64,000 nt of DNA from Camelus ferus (Eukaryota): positions 18,974,001-19,038,000 of the forward strand of contig NC_045696.1 in assembly GCF_009834535.1 (NCBI RefSeq), in the 5' to 3' direction. Below, piece after piece: positions 38,573 through 53,003 of the stretch; position 1 is the first letter of the stretch; each line of letters begins with the position of its first letter. The notes beneath the pieces were generated by a model that was not told the DNA's origin, did no database searches, and was given only the letters and a program-made list of their open reading frames with translations. The position numbers were made by a program, and so were the translations under genes.

Positions 38573-41500
38573 AAGAAGTTATACGTATGGCCACTATTCA
38601 ATTAACACTTACTTAATTTTTGCTTTTGTTATTGGACATGCACGTATGTTTATATTAAATTTAAATTTACATCAAAATGACTATTGTTTTCTTTTTGTGT
38701 AAGCTACTAAAAAAGTTCGTGAATCATGATAATAACATTTCTCTCTACAGTGTTTATTAGCTCCTTAAATATTAAGCAAATTTATCACTTTTAAAGATAA
38801 AGGCTTGCCTAATTACACTAAACAAGAAAAAGTAACATTAAAATAAAAATGTGTTACTTTGATCTTTATTATAGCATCTAGTGTTGTCAACTTGATTAAA
38901 GGGTAATTACTAGTTCAGAGAGTTAAAAAAAAAAGTAAGGATGATTTTGATGAGATTCTTTCTAATTAGTTTTCAGATAAAGTTCAACCTCCACTATTGC
39001 ATGTTTAGTCTTGGCTAGAAAATAGGAAAATCATCCTTTGTGTCATTATATATAACTGCATTATTAGTTAAAATATTTTTCTACCAAAATAGGTTTTGAA
39101 TTGTTTTTTTGTTTGCATTTTATGTATACCAAGGAATAGTAAATTGGAGTTAACTTAGTGGAGGCATTATATTTCTCTCAAATTGTCATTTGAATGAAAC
39201 ATGAATACATTTATATAAGCAATGGATTATCTTTTGTTTCATTAATTGATGTCTTTTATATACATAAAAATACATACAAGGTACTCTTCCCCTTAGGAGT
39301 AGTAGACTATTAAAAGTTTAATTTTGTGTAATCACTTATCTGGAATATAAAATACAATATATGCAAATATAATTTTATTTTATAATGATAAAATTAACAC
39401 TTTTATAACTATAAATATATACAGTATTTATATATATTTGGAGTTTTAAAAGTCCAAAATGGGAAATGAATTCATGGCATTACAAACATAGTTTTTAAAT
39501 TAATAACAATATAATTTCAGTTATGTGAGACATCTCCATGTCTTCTTGCTGTATGATTTTAATTATACTTAAAATATTGAGCATCCTTCATCTTTTAAAG
39601 AAATATTCTTCAATTTGTCCTTTTTCTTTTGCTCTTGGTTTTGTAAAATATTTTTAAATATTAAATAACAGTAAATAATGTGTTAAACATATAAGAACAC
39701 ATCAGTATAAAAACTTTTATTTTTATTCAAATGCCAATGATGTTAATAAGTATAACATTATCATTTTGTTCTCATATTACTAATTTTGATGATGATATTG
39801 TGAAGTTTTCCTGATCCCTTTATATAATGAGGTAAAATATTCAAAATATTTATTTAATTTTTTAATACTAACTCATATATTTTTATTAAAAGGTAAGCAA
39901 ATATCACAATTTTAATCATTTTATTATCTGTAATCAGTATCTATATTGATTTAAATTCTATCAGCCATATAACATATTTTTTATGTAAAGTAGCAAGCTT
40001 TTTAATTTAAAAATGGCAATAAAATTTAAAAACTGTTTTCTAAGATTTCCATCCATAAACTCTTCCCATAAGTTAATTTAAATAGTGTTTAAAATAAAGG
40101 TAATTCATCTAACAGGAACTGATTTATAGAAATCATATAAAGCATTCTCAAGAAAGCATTAATAAATTAGGTTTAGGATAATTCTGATTGAAACTTTGTT
40201 ACGAAAATAAAAGTTTTTGATAAACCCATTGAGAAGCTGGTAAAAGCATTTAAACAAATTCTATTTCAACATTTGGAGAAAGACATTAGGAACCACAGAT
40301 AATGTTTTTTTCTCTCATGTTCAACATACTTATTAAGGAATCAGACGAGTAAATTTAACAGAATCCTCAAGGAGACAGAAAACAAATGAGAGGAATGAAT
40401 CAGTGCAATCAGTGATGAATATTCAGTTATCTAGCAATAATAAATCAAAAAGTATTTACTTAGGATTCAGAAATTATCAAGACACTTGATGGTTCAGGTG
40501 TTGATCATGGAAGAGATTAAATAGTGGAGAGGATTATATGGAGTCACACATTGCTATGCCCAGGGTATAGAAGAAAGACAGTTACTATAAATGAAGAATA
40601 AAGTGGTATGAATAGTCAAAAGAAAGATTATATGTCATTAGCAAATCAGCAAACAGTAGTAAAGAGAGTTGTCTGAGATAATTCTTGAAAGATTATTCAG
40701 TAGTTTTCACGGAGTTGTAAAGGAAGAGGCTTTTGGATGACGTGGGTGGCAGGAGCCAATCCATGTATGACATCACGAAGCTTATTAGCTGACTTCAGGT
40801 AATTTAAACTGACTGGAGTTTAAGGCACCTGAAAGCATGTGATGTGACCCAAGACAGCTCAAGTATATTGAGATAAATCTTGGATTGCCCTGAAGAACAG
40901 CATTAGCACACATGTTTCAATCTGAAGGAGATATAGAACAAAGGATTGGATAGTCATCTGGAAATATCTGTGCATTAAGTTCTTTATGGAGGGTTGCCCA
41001 TCTGAGGCTGTATCATATGGTGTATTTTCTTTCTCTCCACATTCTTACAGAGTTACATTTCAACAATTTATAATGAAATCAGGAGAAATTTTAGTATTAC
41101 TTTTCTGAGAATTTGACAAGTTCATATATCAAGTAGGTTGCTGAAACTGCTTAGCAATGCTTTTCTCTGTGTCAATTTAAAGTTAAGTGGTGACGGGGAA
41201 GCCAAAGAAAGTTGACTGTATAGAACTAGACAAATATTTTAAAAAATGACTTCCTCTTTCTAGAAGCCTGTTCTTTTGTCTTCTTGATGCTACCATGCAA
41301 TAGGTCCAATTGGAGGTTACACAGATATTAGAATCAGGTGGAATGGAGCACAAATTCCTGTTTCATCATGTATTAACTGGATAAACTATCTTTTTTCTTT
41401 GAACAACATTGATTCATGAAGCTATCGTGAGGTTAAAGCTAAATAATGCTGATCATGTGAATAGATTGGTGACTTTCATAAATTAATTTCTTAAATATTC

Positions 41501-42389
41501 CATTCTTAATTGAATCTCTAACTGTATTTACATAATCTACTTGCATAACTCTACCTCTAACAATGACAAATCTTCCTTGGGATCTCTTCAGTGTCACCCT
41601 CTCCTTTTGTCCAAGATACTTGGCTGCTTAATCAGCTGATGCCTTTTCTCATCTTACTTTCAATTTCCTTCCTGATTGATTGGAAATCTGAAAGTATGGT
41701 TACCTTGTTTTTATGCACTTTTAATTTAATTAATCAAATCATTGATGGCAATTATACTGATAGAAAAATGGCATGCCACAGCACATCTGAACAGAGGTTC
41801 AAAGAGTTTTTGCCTTAAAACAAAGCAATGATGATTAATTTTGTAAAGTACCAAATAATCTAAACTACATTACTTAATATCTACCTGTATCCTAACCCAA
41901 GGAATTGTGAAATACAGTCAAAACAAAAATTCTTCATCAATAAAAAAGTGAGTTGGAACAAGTCCAGCCATGTGATCTATGGCTCTGAATGAACACAGGA
42001 ATTTTCACATTTTAATTTAATCTAATGTTGAGAGTCAAGTGAGAAGGAATGAGAAGATGAATACAGAAATCATGATGGACTTTGTAGTTCAGCACAGGGA
42101 TTGAGCTCTATATTTAAAGAATGTTATGGCTTAAAGACTTACAAAATTGCTAATGCTGTCTTCTTTTCAAAATCAGAAAACCAAGACCACCAAAGGATTC
42201 AATAACTCACCAAATGCCATGTATTTAGTAAAAAAAACACAAACAAACAAACAAAAAACAGCTTGAAATTGTCTCATTTGGTTAATCTGAGGTGTTTCAA
42301 ATCATGCAACATACCCAACCCAGTAAACTGTGAGGTATAGTTTATTTTGATTTTGATATAAAATAATTTAAAGAAGCTGTGTTTTGAAT

Positions 42390-42930
42390 ATATGTAGAGA
42401 TGCCTTTTCAAGACGTTCATTTTTCTCGTCACACTATTCCTTAAGCCAAATGAATAATTTCATAGCACCATAGAAGTTTGATTATTTTAGGTTAGTCAAG
42501 CCATATAATTTCTCATGAATTGGATGTCTTAGAAAAAAACTGTGTTACCCAATGCTGGCCAATGAAATGTGAGAGAAAGTCTGCTATTGTGGGATTTGGA
42601 GAAATTTTCCTTGCCCTTAAAATGAATGATTTTTTTTTTTGGATTTGTTTGTTTGTTTGTTTCTTTTGGAACTTTGTGTCTGAAGATATATTTGTTGTTC
42701 CTGTAAACATCTTGTAATCTTGAGGAAAACTAAATAACATAATGGGAATGACAGAAAAGAAATAGGGACTATACCTTGGTCTTTGATGGTTGCACTAAGC
42801 CACTAAACTAACCAAATCTGGAGTCTGTTATCTCAGAACCTGATTTAAAGTGAGGAAATACATGTTTCTGTCTCAGAAAGCCACTTCAATTTGTGTTTTC
42901 TGTTGTAAACAAAATCATTTCAACTGACCC
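42390..42930 (+). mobile_element. MLT1J/K-like MaLR LTR
   Basis: CCCAATGCTGGCCAATGAAATGTGAGAGAAAGTCTGCT, CTTGGTCTTTGATGG..AGCCACT, AAGCCACTTCAATTTGTGTTTTCTGTT. Confidence 0.7.
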
Positions 42931-43294
42931 TGGCTACTAAAACCTGAAAAGGAAGGTAAATGTAGGATACAACAATGATCGCAGAATTTGAAAGCCACTA
43001 GAGCATAAAGAGAAACCGAAGTACCTAAGAGATCTAAGAAGGAAGAGATACCAAATAATATCATAAAGTTTTAATCGATAAAGATGAATACATTTATTTT
43101 CTATTTATCATTTGGCTGGACATAAAGAGTACAGAAAGGGAAAATTTGCTTATCCTAACTTCTGCTATATGTTTACCTTTTGGAAATAAAAAATTACCTA
43201 ATCAACAGTCCCACAGGATTGTATCTAAAAGAACAACAGTATCTCCTTTAAAACTGAAAATATTATTGAAGATGGTAAGATAGATAATGTGCAA

Positions 43295-44270
43295 CAAAAT
43301 TAAGCAAATTTTCATAAGTTCTTCCAGCGTGTGAGAAATTATGCTAAGCACTGGAATTGTATTAGGGAGTCACCAGTTCTAGTATCTATGCTCATGGAGC
43401 TTAGAGTCAGGAAGGCAGATGACATATTGCAATAAGTTCCATAAAAACATGAACAGAATACAGAGGTAGATAATATCGAGGTTTCTTTAATGGTCACAAT
43501 TTAAATGCAAATTTCTCTGACAAGGCAGTATTTAACTGTGAAAGGTAACCAAGTCAGCATCATGAAGACTTGTGTCAAGTGTTCCAGGCAAAGGAAAAGG
43601 TGCCGATTAAAGACTCTGAACCAGGAAAGTTTTTAGTGTATTTTAGAAAATGAAAGAGGCGCTTGGGCTTAAATGTAGTTAGATCAGGGGAGAAGGGAAC
43701 AACATGTGTTTGAAACTTATAGAGGATCCAGCTTAAGCACAACTTCTAGAGAATAGTAATGAGGTTGGATTTTATTTGAGGTTGTTGGAAAGCTTTTACA
43801 GGATTTTATTCAGCGGAATGGCAGTGGCCCAATTAGTTAAGTATTTAAGGATATCTGTAGGTGGCAGAACAGATATGAGAGGACCAGGAGTGAAATCAAG
43901 AATATAAATAAAGATGTTATTTGATGCTCTAACTTGGAGGCATGTAATGCCATTTTTGGAGATCTAGGTAGGGCCCTTTTGGAGGCTGGATTAAGAGCTG
44001 AGTTTGAGAACACTAAATTTGAGATGATGTAAAATGCCTGTATATAAATGTGTGCATATTCAGTATTTACACAGCATTTAAAGACATGGGAGTATATTAA
44101 TAACTAAAAGGAGAAAGGAGAGGGAGATAAGACTCAGGAGAAATTTCAATATTCAGATGTTAACACATAGAAGGAAATGTCAATATAAAAATTATTATCT
44201 GCCAGACTATTCAGAGGACGATAAAAAAAAATGTGATATCAGTGAAAGTAAAGAAAGGATAGTGATACAA
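43295..44270 (-). mobile_element. L2 fragment
   Basis: TGCTAAGCACTGG..CTCATGGAGCTTAGAGTC, GTTCCAGGCAAAGGAA, GAGTTTGAGAACACTAAATTTGAGATG: purine-rich antisense L2. Confidence 0.7.
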
Positions 44271-47200
44271 AAAGATGGTCATCCCTGGCACTCAGTTACA
44301 TTTTGCTCCCTTACTCTGACTCATGTCTTTCATCACATTCTGGAATATGACTAAGAAAGAGAAACTTTTGACTGTCTTCCTCTAAATGACATGGAAAATT
44401 TTAATACACTATGCCTGTGGTTCTTGTCAATTTTCTTTTGGAAACTTTCAGCAGGGTTTTGCTCAATTTCTGTGCGGTAGTGATCTAGTCCAAAATGCTG
44501 GACTGAGTCCAGTTTTCAGCTCAACATTTAATTAACCACCAACTGAAATTAAATATTAGACATTTATTAAGTACTAAGCTAATCTGTGTGTAATTGTACT
44601 AATAGAAAGAATAGAGAGGCATAGGGTGGGCCTCAAGTCCAACTAAACTGATATCCAGGGATAGTCTAATTTAAATGAGAATATTAACACATTTCCCCAG
44701 TATGCATTTAAGCACTCTTTACTTCATCATCCAAACATATTTATTTTTCTCTTTCCATTCCGATTATCAAGCATCTCCATCCCTTTCCAAAGTCAACTTT
44801 CCCTTTCCCTCTTTTATCCCTTTGAAGATATTAAAATTCTATCAGACTTTCGAATGAAAAATACCAAAAGTAGATTTGGGTTGCAAGCTTTTATTGGTGT
44901 TTATGTTTACATTATTATATTTTATTTGGTTAAATAAGCCCCATCCATAATATGATTTGTGCCAATGCATCTACTTTACCTTAATAATTCTATGTGCTTT
45001 AAAACAACTTAAAAGTGACAATATACAGAATTTTAAAAATAAAAATAATAGTTATATTTAACATTCTTTTCAAAAATCAGAGCAAAAGTGCGTTTCTATG
45101 GTTTCTGCAGCTAAGTACAACATACCCAAGAAAATGTGCAATGACAACTTTTCAACAGTCAACTCTTCAGTTAGGAACACACTGCACAATCATCCCATTT
45201 TTGTCATTTAATTTTAAATGTGTTGAATCTCACAGCTTGTCTCATCACAATGCCAAATTAACAATTCTGGAAGAAATAAGTTAGTATATGAGACCATAAA
45301 TAGACATTTGTCAAAAGAGAATAATGTGGCTTGCTCTTCAAAGCATCTCATCAAAATACTTGTTTCAAACCAGTATGTTTTATACAGTAAAGTGATGTTT
45401 TCCTTCTATAGTCAATTTTTTTTCCCTATTTTTCTTAGGAATGACTTTCACTGTGTTCTATTAGAGAGTATCCTATCTCTGCATCTTAAAATGAAGAAAA
45501 CTTTACCCAGCATGCATAGAATTTATTAACAATTATACAACAACGTAACTCCAGAGATGATCGGAGGCAATGCTTTAATTCTGTGACTAAAATGTATGTG
45601 TTTTTTTAAAATTTAAAAACTCCCGTTTTCTTCAAGTTTAAATGTTGACTCATCTCTGTGAAGTGTCCAGAAAGATTATACAACAAAAATGGAGACCTCA
45701 ACCCAGTCACTTAGTACTTGTGAGACTCAAATCCAGGCACTTAAAATCCTAAGCTCTCAATAATTTTGTTGAGAAAATAAAAAGGTTTGGGCATAATAAC
45801 TTTTGAGCTTCATTCTAACTCTTTGATTTTCTCATTTTGCTTTATAATCATTAGCAAGTTCTAATAAAATAGTTTCATAGTCACATTTTATAAGCACATA
45901 TGTATATAAATGTATGTGTATGCACGTGCAGTATGTGTACATAATGTATATTATATATACACTTCTGTAAACTCCTATTTTATGAGAGCCCAGTTCTAGG
46001 TAGCATTATAGACAATTCTACTAATTAAGATTTAAGATTACTTTGCAGTTCTTTTTTCCCCAATTACATCTTACTAAGGAAATTCAGAGTACCATGTCCA
46101 AAAGCTACTTGACTCAATTTAGTTGTTGTGTTTGTTCTGTCACCAATTTGAAAGCTGTGTACATAGCTGTCATGTTTGTATTTGATCATAGTACTTGTTT
46201 GTAATTGTTTTTATTAGATTTCTATTTTGATTATATAAAATATTTATATTTTTCTTTTACTAGGTTCAGTTGTAATGTTACTAACTGATAGCGTTTGAGG
46301 GGATTGCTTTGCTTCCATTTAATCACGCTTTATGTCCCTTAATTTCTGTCACCTGCTTCCCTCTTTCCCTTCCGTACCATGTGTACAAAGGATGCCTTCT
46401 GCTTCCAAGTGACTTCTTTTTGCCAAGAAGCTATTCCCTCCCAATATTGCTGCCTCTTGCCTTTCTTTCAAAAATACATGCACTGATTCATTAGATTACA
46501 GATTTCTTCTCAGCATTTCCCCCTCATGGCAGGCTGCTCTATATCCGGGGAGCTTATTTTTTTGTGTGTCTGATCACCAGTGGGCCCTCTCTGCACTTAT
46601 TTCTATATATTTGTCGATTCATTGAATGTATTTCTGCCAAGCATGCATCTAGGCATTAGTAATGCCTTAGTGAATAAAATAGATGAAAATGTCTCCCCTT
46701 AGGGAGATTTTATTACAGTTTATATATATTTATACAGGTATAAATGCATAGATAAAGTCTGCAACTAACCAACCTGATAATAACATTCTTCCCCAACCCC
46801 AAAAAATGGTCAATGGATTTTTGCTTTGTTTATTCACCTTGATGTTCTAACAACATTATACTTTTTGTCCTATGTAACTGAAAAGGACAGAACATGGTAA
46901 AAAATAATGCTTGGGATAATAAAAATAACATTTTATTATAATTTTAGGACAATAAAAATAATACTTTCATAACATTATTAGTTTAATACAGAGCTTTCAT
47001 ACAAACATAAGTATGATAGGCATTTTAATTTCATACATTAAATATGTTCTAAGAAAATAAGTGTATTATTTGTGTTGCCATTTTAGATATTGTAATACTA
47101 TGTATAATGATTAGCACCCATGATATCAGTGAACTCAAATATTTTTAGGAAGTGAAAATATATGATTTTTTTCCTAAGAAAACTGTTAACTACTTTTCAA

Positions 47201-47841
47201 GATTCTTATAATAATATTGCTAAACTCATTCTACAGGTAAGGGATGTAAGAAATAGATATTTAAAAAATTTGCCCAGAATCTCATAAGGAGAATATACTT
47301 CATATATCTGGGGAGATACAAGTAGAATAAATATAATTGTGTGATGAAGTCTGAACAAATAGCAGAATTTATTTAGAATCCCCAAGTAGTAAAAGTGCCT
47401 GGGGTACGTGACTTTGCTCTTCTCCCTCAGAGACAATGCCATCCAGAAATGGCATCTGAGCCTTGGCTTGTTCATCTGTCCACATGGGGGGAATGTTGCC
47501 TGTAATCATGACCATAATATATTTCACAATATTGCAAGAATAATTTCCCCTAATGCTCTTTGCCAGTGTCACCATTTTGTTGGCACATCTCATTGTGTCC
47601 AGGACCTGCACAAACTCCTTCCAATCTAATTCTCATTCTTGCTTCTTACTCATTCCTGTGAAAGTCTTCCCCTCTAATCAGGTAGTGAGTGATGTTTATA
47701 CTCCCTTAAGTATGACCTTAGAGCTTCAATTCTCTCCCTAACTGCCAACACTCTCAGTGCTCCCTTCTTGACTCCTAAGCTTTCTGCAAATTCTTGCCCA
47801 AATCCTGCTCCCCAGTGATGTCCTGTCTTTTGCTTTGTCCA

Positions 47842-48113
47842 TAGAGATGTAATTGACATATAGCATTGTGTAAGCTTAATATGTCCAATGTGTTGGTTTG
47901 ATACATTTATATATTACAATATGATGACCAAGCACTTTTAGCTAGCACCCCTATAACATCATATAATTATCATTTCTTTTTTGTAGTGAGAACACATAAG
48001 TCTCTGATCAACTTTGCAGTATATAAAACAGTATCGTTGACTATACGCACTAAGCGGTACGTTAGAGCTCCAAGATTTATTCATCTTCAAATTGCAAATT
48101 TGTGCCTTTTAAC
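47842..48113 (-). mobile_element. L1MA9-like 3' end, 5'-truncated
   Basis: TAATTGACATATAGCATTGTGTAAG..TGTAGTGAGAACACATAAG..CAGTATCGTTGACTATA..TTTATTCATCTT..TTTGTGCCTTTTAAC. Confidence 0.8.
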
Positions 48114-49973
48114 ATGTGTTTTCTAAAAATTGAGACAATGTCTTAAATAATCGTGTATGTTATTTTTATCCCTGGTGCTCAGTACTTCATGATTTCACAT
48201 AAATAATAGATGAAGAAAAGTACAGTTGATCTCAGTTATAAATTTTGCCCTTCTAACAATCCAGTTACCCCTGAGCTTTCTAATGAGTGAAGCCCTAGGA
48301 ATTGCAAAAGGGGAATCAGACATCACATCTTTCAGGATATGCCTGGTTGGAGACCAGCCCTTTTCTGACTTGAAATAAATGCATAAAATGCATAGCTACT
48401 GCTCAGTAAGAGGGATCAGTCTGCCCCAAATACCATTTTGCATTAAGAGGATTATGCTCATCATTTTCTAAGAGTTATGTTCACCATTCCATAAAAGAAA
48501 ATCAATAAAAATCAATGAATAAAATAATCTTTATTATAATAAGTAAAACTATAAACCAAATGGTTTTTATGCTTCTGTATTTGCTGTCCTAATACTTACA
48601 TGCCCTGGGCAATACTTTTTGTTAATATCAGAAAGTGCTTATTTTTAATCTAGCAAAAAGAAGGATAAAATACAAGCTGGTCTAGTCTATTAAGAATTAG
48701 CTGTTTAGGTAATGAAATTCTCTCTCTACATTGGATCTGACCCTGTCTGTCATAAAGACTCATCATGGCATTTTTCATTTTTATTAATCTTGAATAAATA
48801 TCAGATAACTATAAAATGTATTTTCTGTCATCAAAAAGCCAATGATATTTTTAGTTGTTTTGAATTGTTATTTAAGATGCCATTTTGAGACATCATCTCA
48901 TACATTGCCTGATGTTTCTGAATAAGTTAACAGTGTGATATCTCTTTCTAACGAAACTCTGGCTTCCTGCTGAATGATGTATCACTGTGTCTATTTTAGA
49001 AAGCTTACATAAGGTTTTATGTATTATCTGGAAACTGTTTATTTCAGTGTGTTTTCTTTCTTGTCATTTATTTGTTTTAAATTTTTGATAATGTATGGAT
49101 TCAGTTGAATTTATTTATGCTGCCCAAAATTTCCAACTAGCTCAACTATTAAAAATCTCAAAGGTAATAAAGCTAATAATTGATTTATATCATATATCTA
49201 TATATCACATACAATATCATATACTGATTCAATCATTCAATTTCATTAAAGAAATAGGTATAAATTCATGAGGACTGGATTCAGAGGAATCCTTGTTCTG
49301 TAAGTTTCAGGCTAGACTTCTCTAGTTAAGCACTTATTTTATCCTTATATTAAAATGGTAATGAATAGAGGTTTTTGTTTTTGTTTTTTAACTCTCAAGC
49401 AGAAGGAAATACGTGTTTGTAGTCTATTCGCCTATGTCAGAAATAAAGTAAGCAACCTATGGCTTCCAGTATTTAAATGACTTCTCTATGTCTGATACAG
49501 GAAGAAATGGGGGCAGTTACCTATCAGTGTCTCACTCCAAAGCCAATACTCCTTTACCCTCACCAGCTCCAAAATTAATATCTTTTTTAATTTCAGTGCC
49601 TCACAGTACTACTTATCAGAGTCATGGGAAACCCAAGCCCACGTGAAGAGGAGAATAGAAGGACCAGTATTTAGTTTGCTTAATCTGTTAAGGTTTTCAT
49701 AATCTTTCTCTTCACTTTTGAGCCTTTTTTAATGTTATTAATAACTCTTTAAGTTATTATACATTATCAAAAACATACTTGTTTCACTTTCATTTCAGTT
49801 TCTTCTGTTAAGATCAAAAAATATAACAACTGTATTGGAAAACAGGAGTAGTAGTAATAACCCCATTTAAATAAAACTCATTCTTTGCTTTTTCCTACCC
49901 ATGATTCTACGTGTACGTACGTGTAGAAAATGCCTGGAATGTCTTTCGTCTAATTCTTATGATGATTTGGACC

Positions 49974-50355
49974 TGTTAAAGAACAAAATTTAACTGAGTA
50001 ATTTTTAAAGATCTCATTGGCTTTATTCAGTGATTCATGAATCTGGAAGCATCCAATCTAGCAGACAGAAAGGAGCTTTGAAAATCTGTGCAAGCTAAGA
50101 GATTTCTATACACCAAGTGAGCACTGATTGGGAAGTTATACTGGATATTTGCTGATTGGTTAAACAGGGCTACTTTCCTCTTATGGCGCAAAAGGTAGTC
50201 TCGGAGCTCAGTCAGGTAACATACTAAGCAGCAAGGGCTGATTGGTTGACAGAGGACTTCCTTCTCTAGGGAGCTGAGATTAGAAATTTAGTTGAGTTTT
50301 AGTTTACTGATGTGGGACGTAGTATGAGTGACTCCATCTTGGGCCAAAATTGGTT
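49974..50355 (-). mobile_element. ERV1-class (MER93-like) solo LTR, main part; its last ~17 bp lie at 55303-55319
   Basis: TGTTAAAGAACAAAATTTAACTGAGTAA..TTGGCTTTATTCAGTGATTCATGAATC, repeated CTGATTGG (CCAAT) boxes and GACTCCATCTTG. The matching inverted terminus TTCTTTAACA is at 55310-55319. Confidence 0.75.
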
Positions 50356-52673
50356 ACTGTTTTTTGCTTCTAGCTTTATTGAAATATAATTGACATACAA
50401 TACTGTGTAAGTTTAAGGTACATAGCATAATGATTGACTTACATGCAACATGAAATAAATATCGATAATTTTGGTGATAACCATCATCTCATATAGATAT
50501 AAAATTAAAGAAATAGAAAAAATGTCACTGTGATGGGGACTCTTAAGATTTAACTCTCTTAGCAACATTCGTATATAACATATAGCAGTATTAACAATAT
50601 TTATCGTGCTGTATGTGACATCCCTAGTACTTATTTATCTTATAACTGGAAGTTTGTGCCTTTTGACTGCCTTCATCCAATCCCACTTCCCCACTTCCCC
50701 ACTTCTGGTAACCACAAATCTGATCTCTTTTTTTGTTAGTTTGCTTATTTGTTTGTTGTTTTTGAAATACAATTGACCTACAACACTATCTTACTTCCTG
50801 TTACACAACATGGAGATTCCATGGTTCTGTATATTTCAAAATGATCAGCTCCATAAATCTAGTTACCGTCTGTCAACATAAATATATTGCACAATTATTG
50901 ACTATATCCCCCACACTGCATCTCAAATCCATGTCTCATTTATTTTGCAACTGGAAGCTTGTACCTCTTCATCTCCCTCACTTATTTCTTCAGTTTCCCC
51001 ATCCCTTTCCCTCTGACAAACACCTGTTCATTCTCTGTATCTATAACTATTTTTCTATATTTTTTGTTTGTTCGTTTTTCTTAGATTCCACATATAAGTG
51101 AAATCATATAGTATTTGTCTTTCCCTGTCTGACTTATTTCACTAAGCATAATGTTCTCTACATCCATCCACATTGTTGCAAATGGCAGAATTTCATTCTT
51201 TTGTATGGCTAAGTAATATTTCATTGCCTATACATACCACATCTTCGTTATCCATTCATCTATCGATGGACACTTATGTTGCTCTCATATCTTGGCTTTT
51301 GTAAATAGTGCTGCAGTGAACATAGACGTGCATATATCTTTTCAGTATTTATGTTTTCTTTGGATAAATACACAGGAATGGAATTGCTGGATCATATGGT
51401 AGTTCTATTATTGATTTTTTGGGGAAACTCCATACTGATTGTCATAGTGGCTGCATCAATTTACCTTCCCACCAACAGTGCAGGAGGATTCACTTTTCTC
51501 TACATCCTCACCAACACTTGTTATTTGTTGTCTTATTGATAATAGTCATTCTAACAGGTGTGGTGGTATATCCTGTGGTTTGGATTTGCATTTTTCTGAT
51601 GATTAGTCATGCTGGATGTCCTTTCATATGCCTTTTGGCTATCTGTATATATTCTTCATAAAAATGTCTCTTCAAATAATCTATCCATTTTCTACTAGAG
51701 CTATTCATTTTTTGATGTTGAGTTTTGTGAGTTCTTTGTATATTGTTGATATTAATCCCTTAACAGGTATATTTTTTGCAAATATTTTCTCCCATTCAGT
51801 AGATGGTCATTCTGTTTTGTTGATAATTCCCTTTGCTGTGCAAAAGCTTTTTAGTTTGATATAGTTCCATTTGTTTATTTCTGCTTTTGTTTTCCTTGGC
51901 TGAGGAGACATATCCCAAAAAATATTACTAAGGCTGATGTGAAAGATCATACTGTCAGTGTTTTCGTCTAGAAAGTTTTATGGTTTCTGGTCTTATATTT
52001 ATGTCTAAAACATTTTGAAATTATTTTTGTGCATGGTCTGAGAAAGTAGTCCAGTTTGATACTTTTGCATGTAGCTGTTCAGTTTTCCCAACACCATTTA
52101 CTGAAGAGACTGTCTCTTCCATGTAGTACATTCTTACCTCTTTTGTCATAGATTAATTGACCATACAAATGTGGGTTTATTTCTGGGCTTTCTGTTCTAT
52201 TCCACTGATTTATGTGTCTGTTTCTGGGCCAGTAACATAGTGTTTTGATTACTGTAGATTTGTATAATAATTTGAAATCAGAATATGTGCTACCTCCAGT
52301 TCTTCTTTCTCAAGGTTTTTTTTTTTTTTTGTTTTTTTTGTTGCTATTCTAGGTCTTTTGTGTTTCCATACAAATTTTAGAATTATTTGTTCTAGCTCTA
52401 TGAAAATGCCATTGGTATTTTAATAAGAATTGCATTAAATCTGTACATTGTCTTGGATAATAAGGTTGTTGTAACAATATTAATTATTCCAGTCTGTGAA
52501 CACAGTTTATCTTTCCATCTGTGCCATCTTCAGCTTCTTTAGTCAATGTCTTAGAGCTTTCTGAATAAAGGTCTTTTACCATCTTAGTTAGATCTGTTCC
52601 TAGATATTTTATTCTTTTTGATGTGATGTTGAATGGAATTGCTTTCCTAATTTTACTTCATGATAGATTGTTG

Positions 52674-53003
52674 TTAATGTATAGAAATACAATAGGTTTC
52701 CATACATGATTTTTGTATCCTGCAATTCATCAAATTCATTGATGAATTCTGGTAGTTTTTGGTACTGTCTTTAGGGTTTTCTATGTATAGTGTCATGTCA
52801 TCTGCAAACAATGATAGTGTTACTTCTTCCTTTCCAATTTGGATTCTTTTATTTACTTTTCTCTTCTCATTGCTGCATCTAGGACTTCCAATACTACGTT
52901 GAATAAAAGTGGCAAGAGTAGACATCTTTGTCTTGTTCCTGGTCTTAGAGAAAATGATTTCGTGTTTCATCATTGAGAATGATGTTAGCTGTGGGCTTGT
53001 CAC
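52674..53003 (-). pseudogene. L1 ORF2 reverse transcriptase remnant (FADD catalytic motif at 52794-52808), frameshifted
   Basis: The ORF track contains IQIGKEEVTLSLFADDMTLYIENPKDSTK; the flanking residues are out of the L1 frame. Confidence 0.9.

Noticed and set aside
47436..47455. ATGCCAT-N6-ATGGCAT hairpin
   Set aside because: A 7-bp stem is expected by chance in 64 kb, and it does not extend into a pre-miRNA-length stem.
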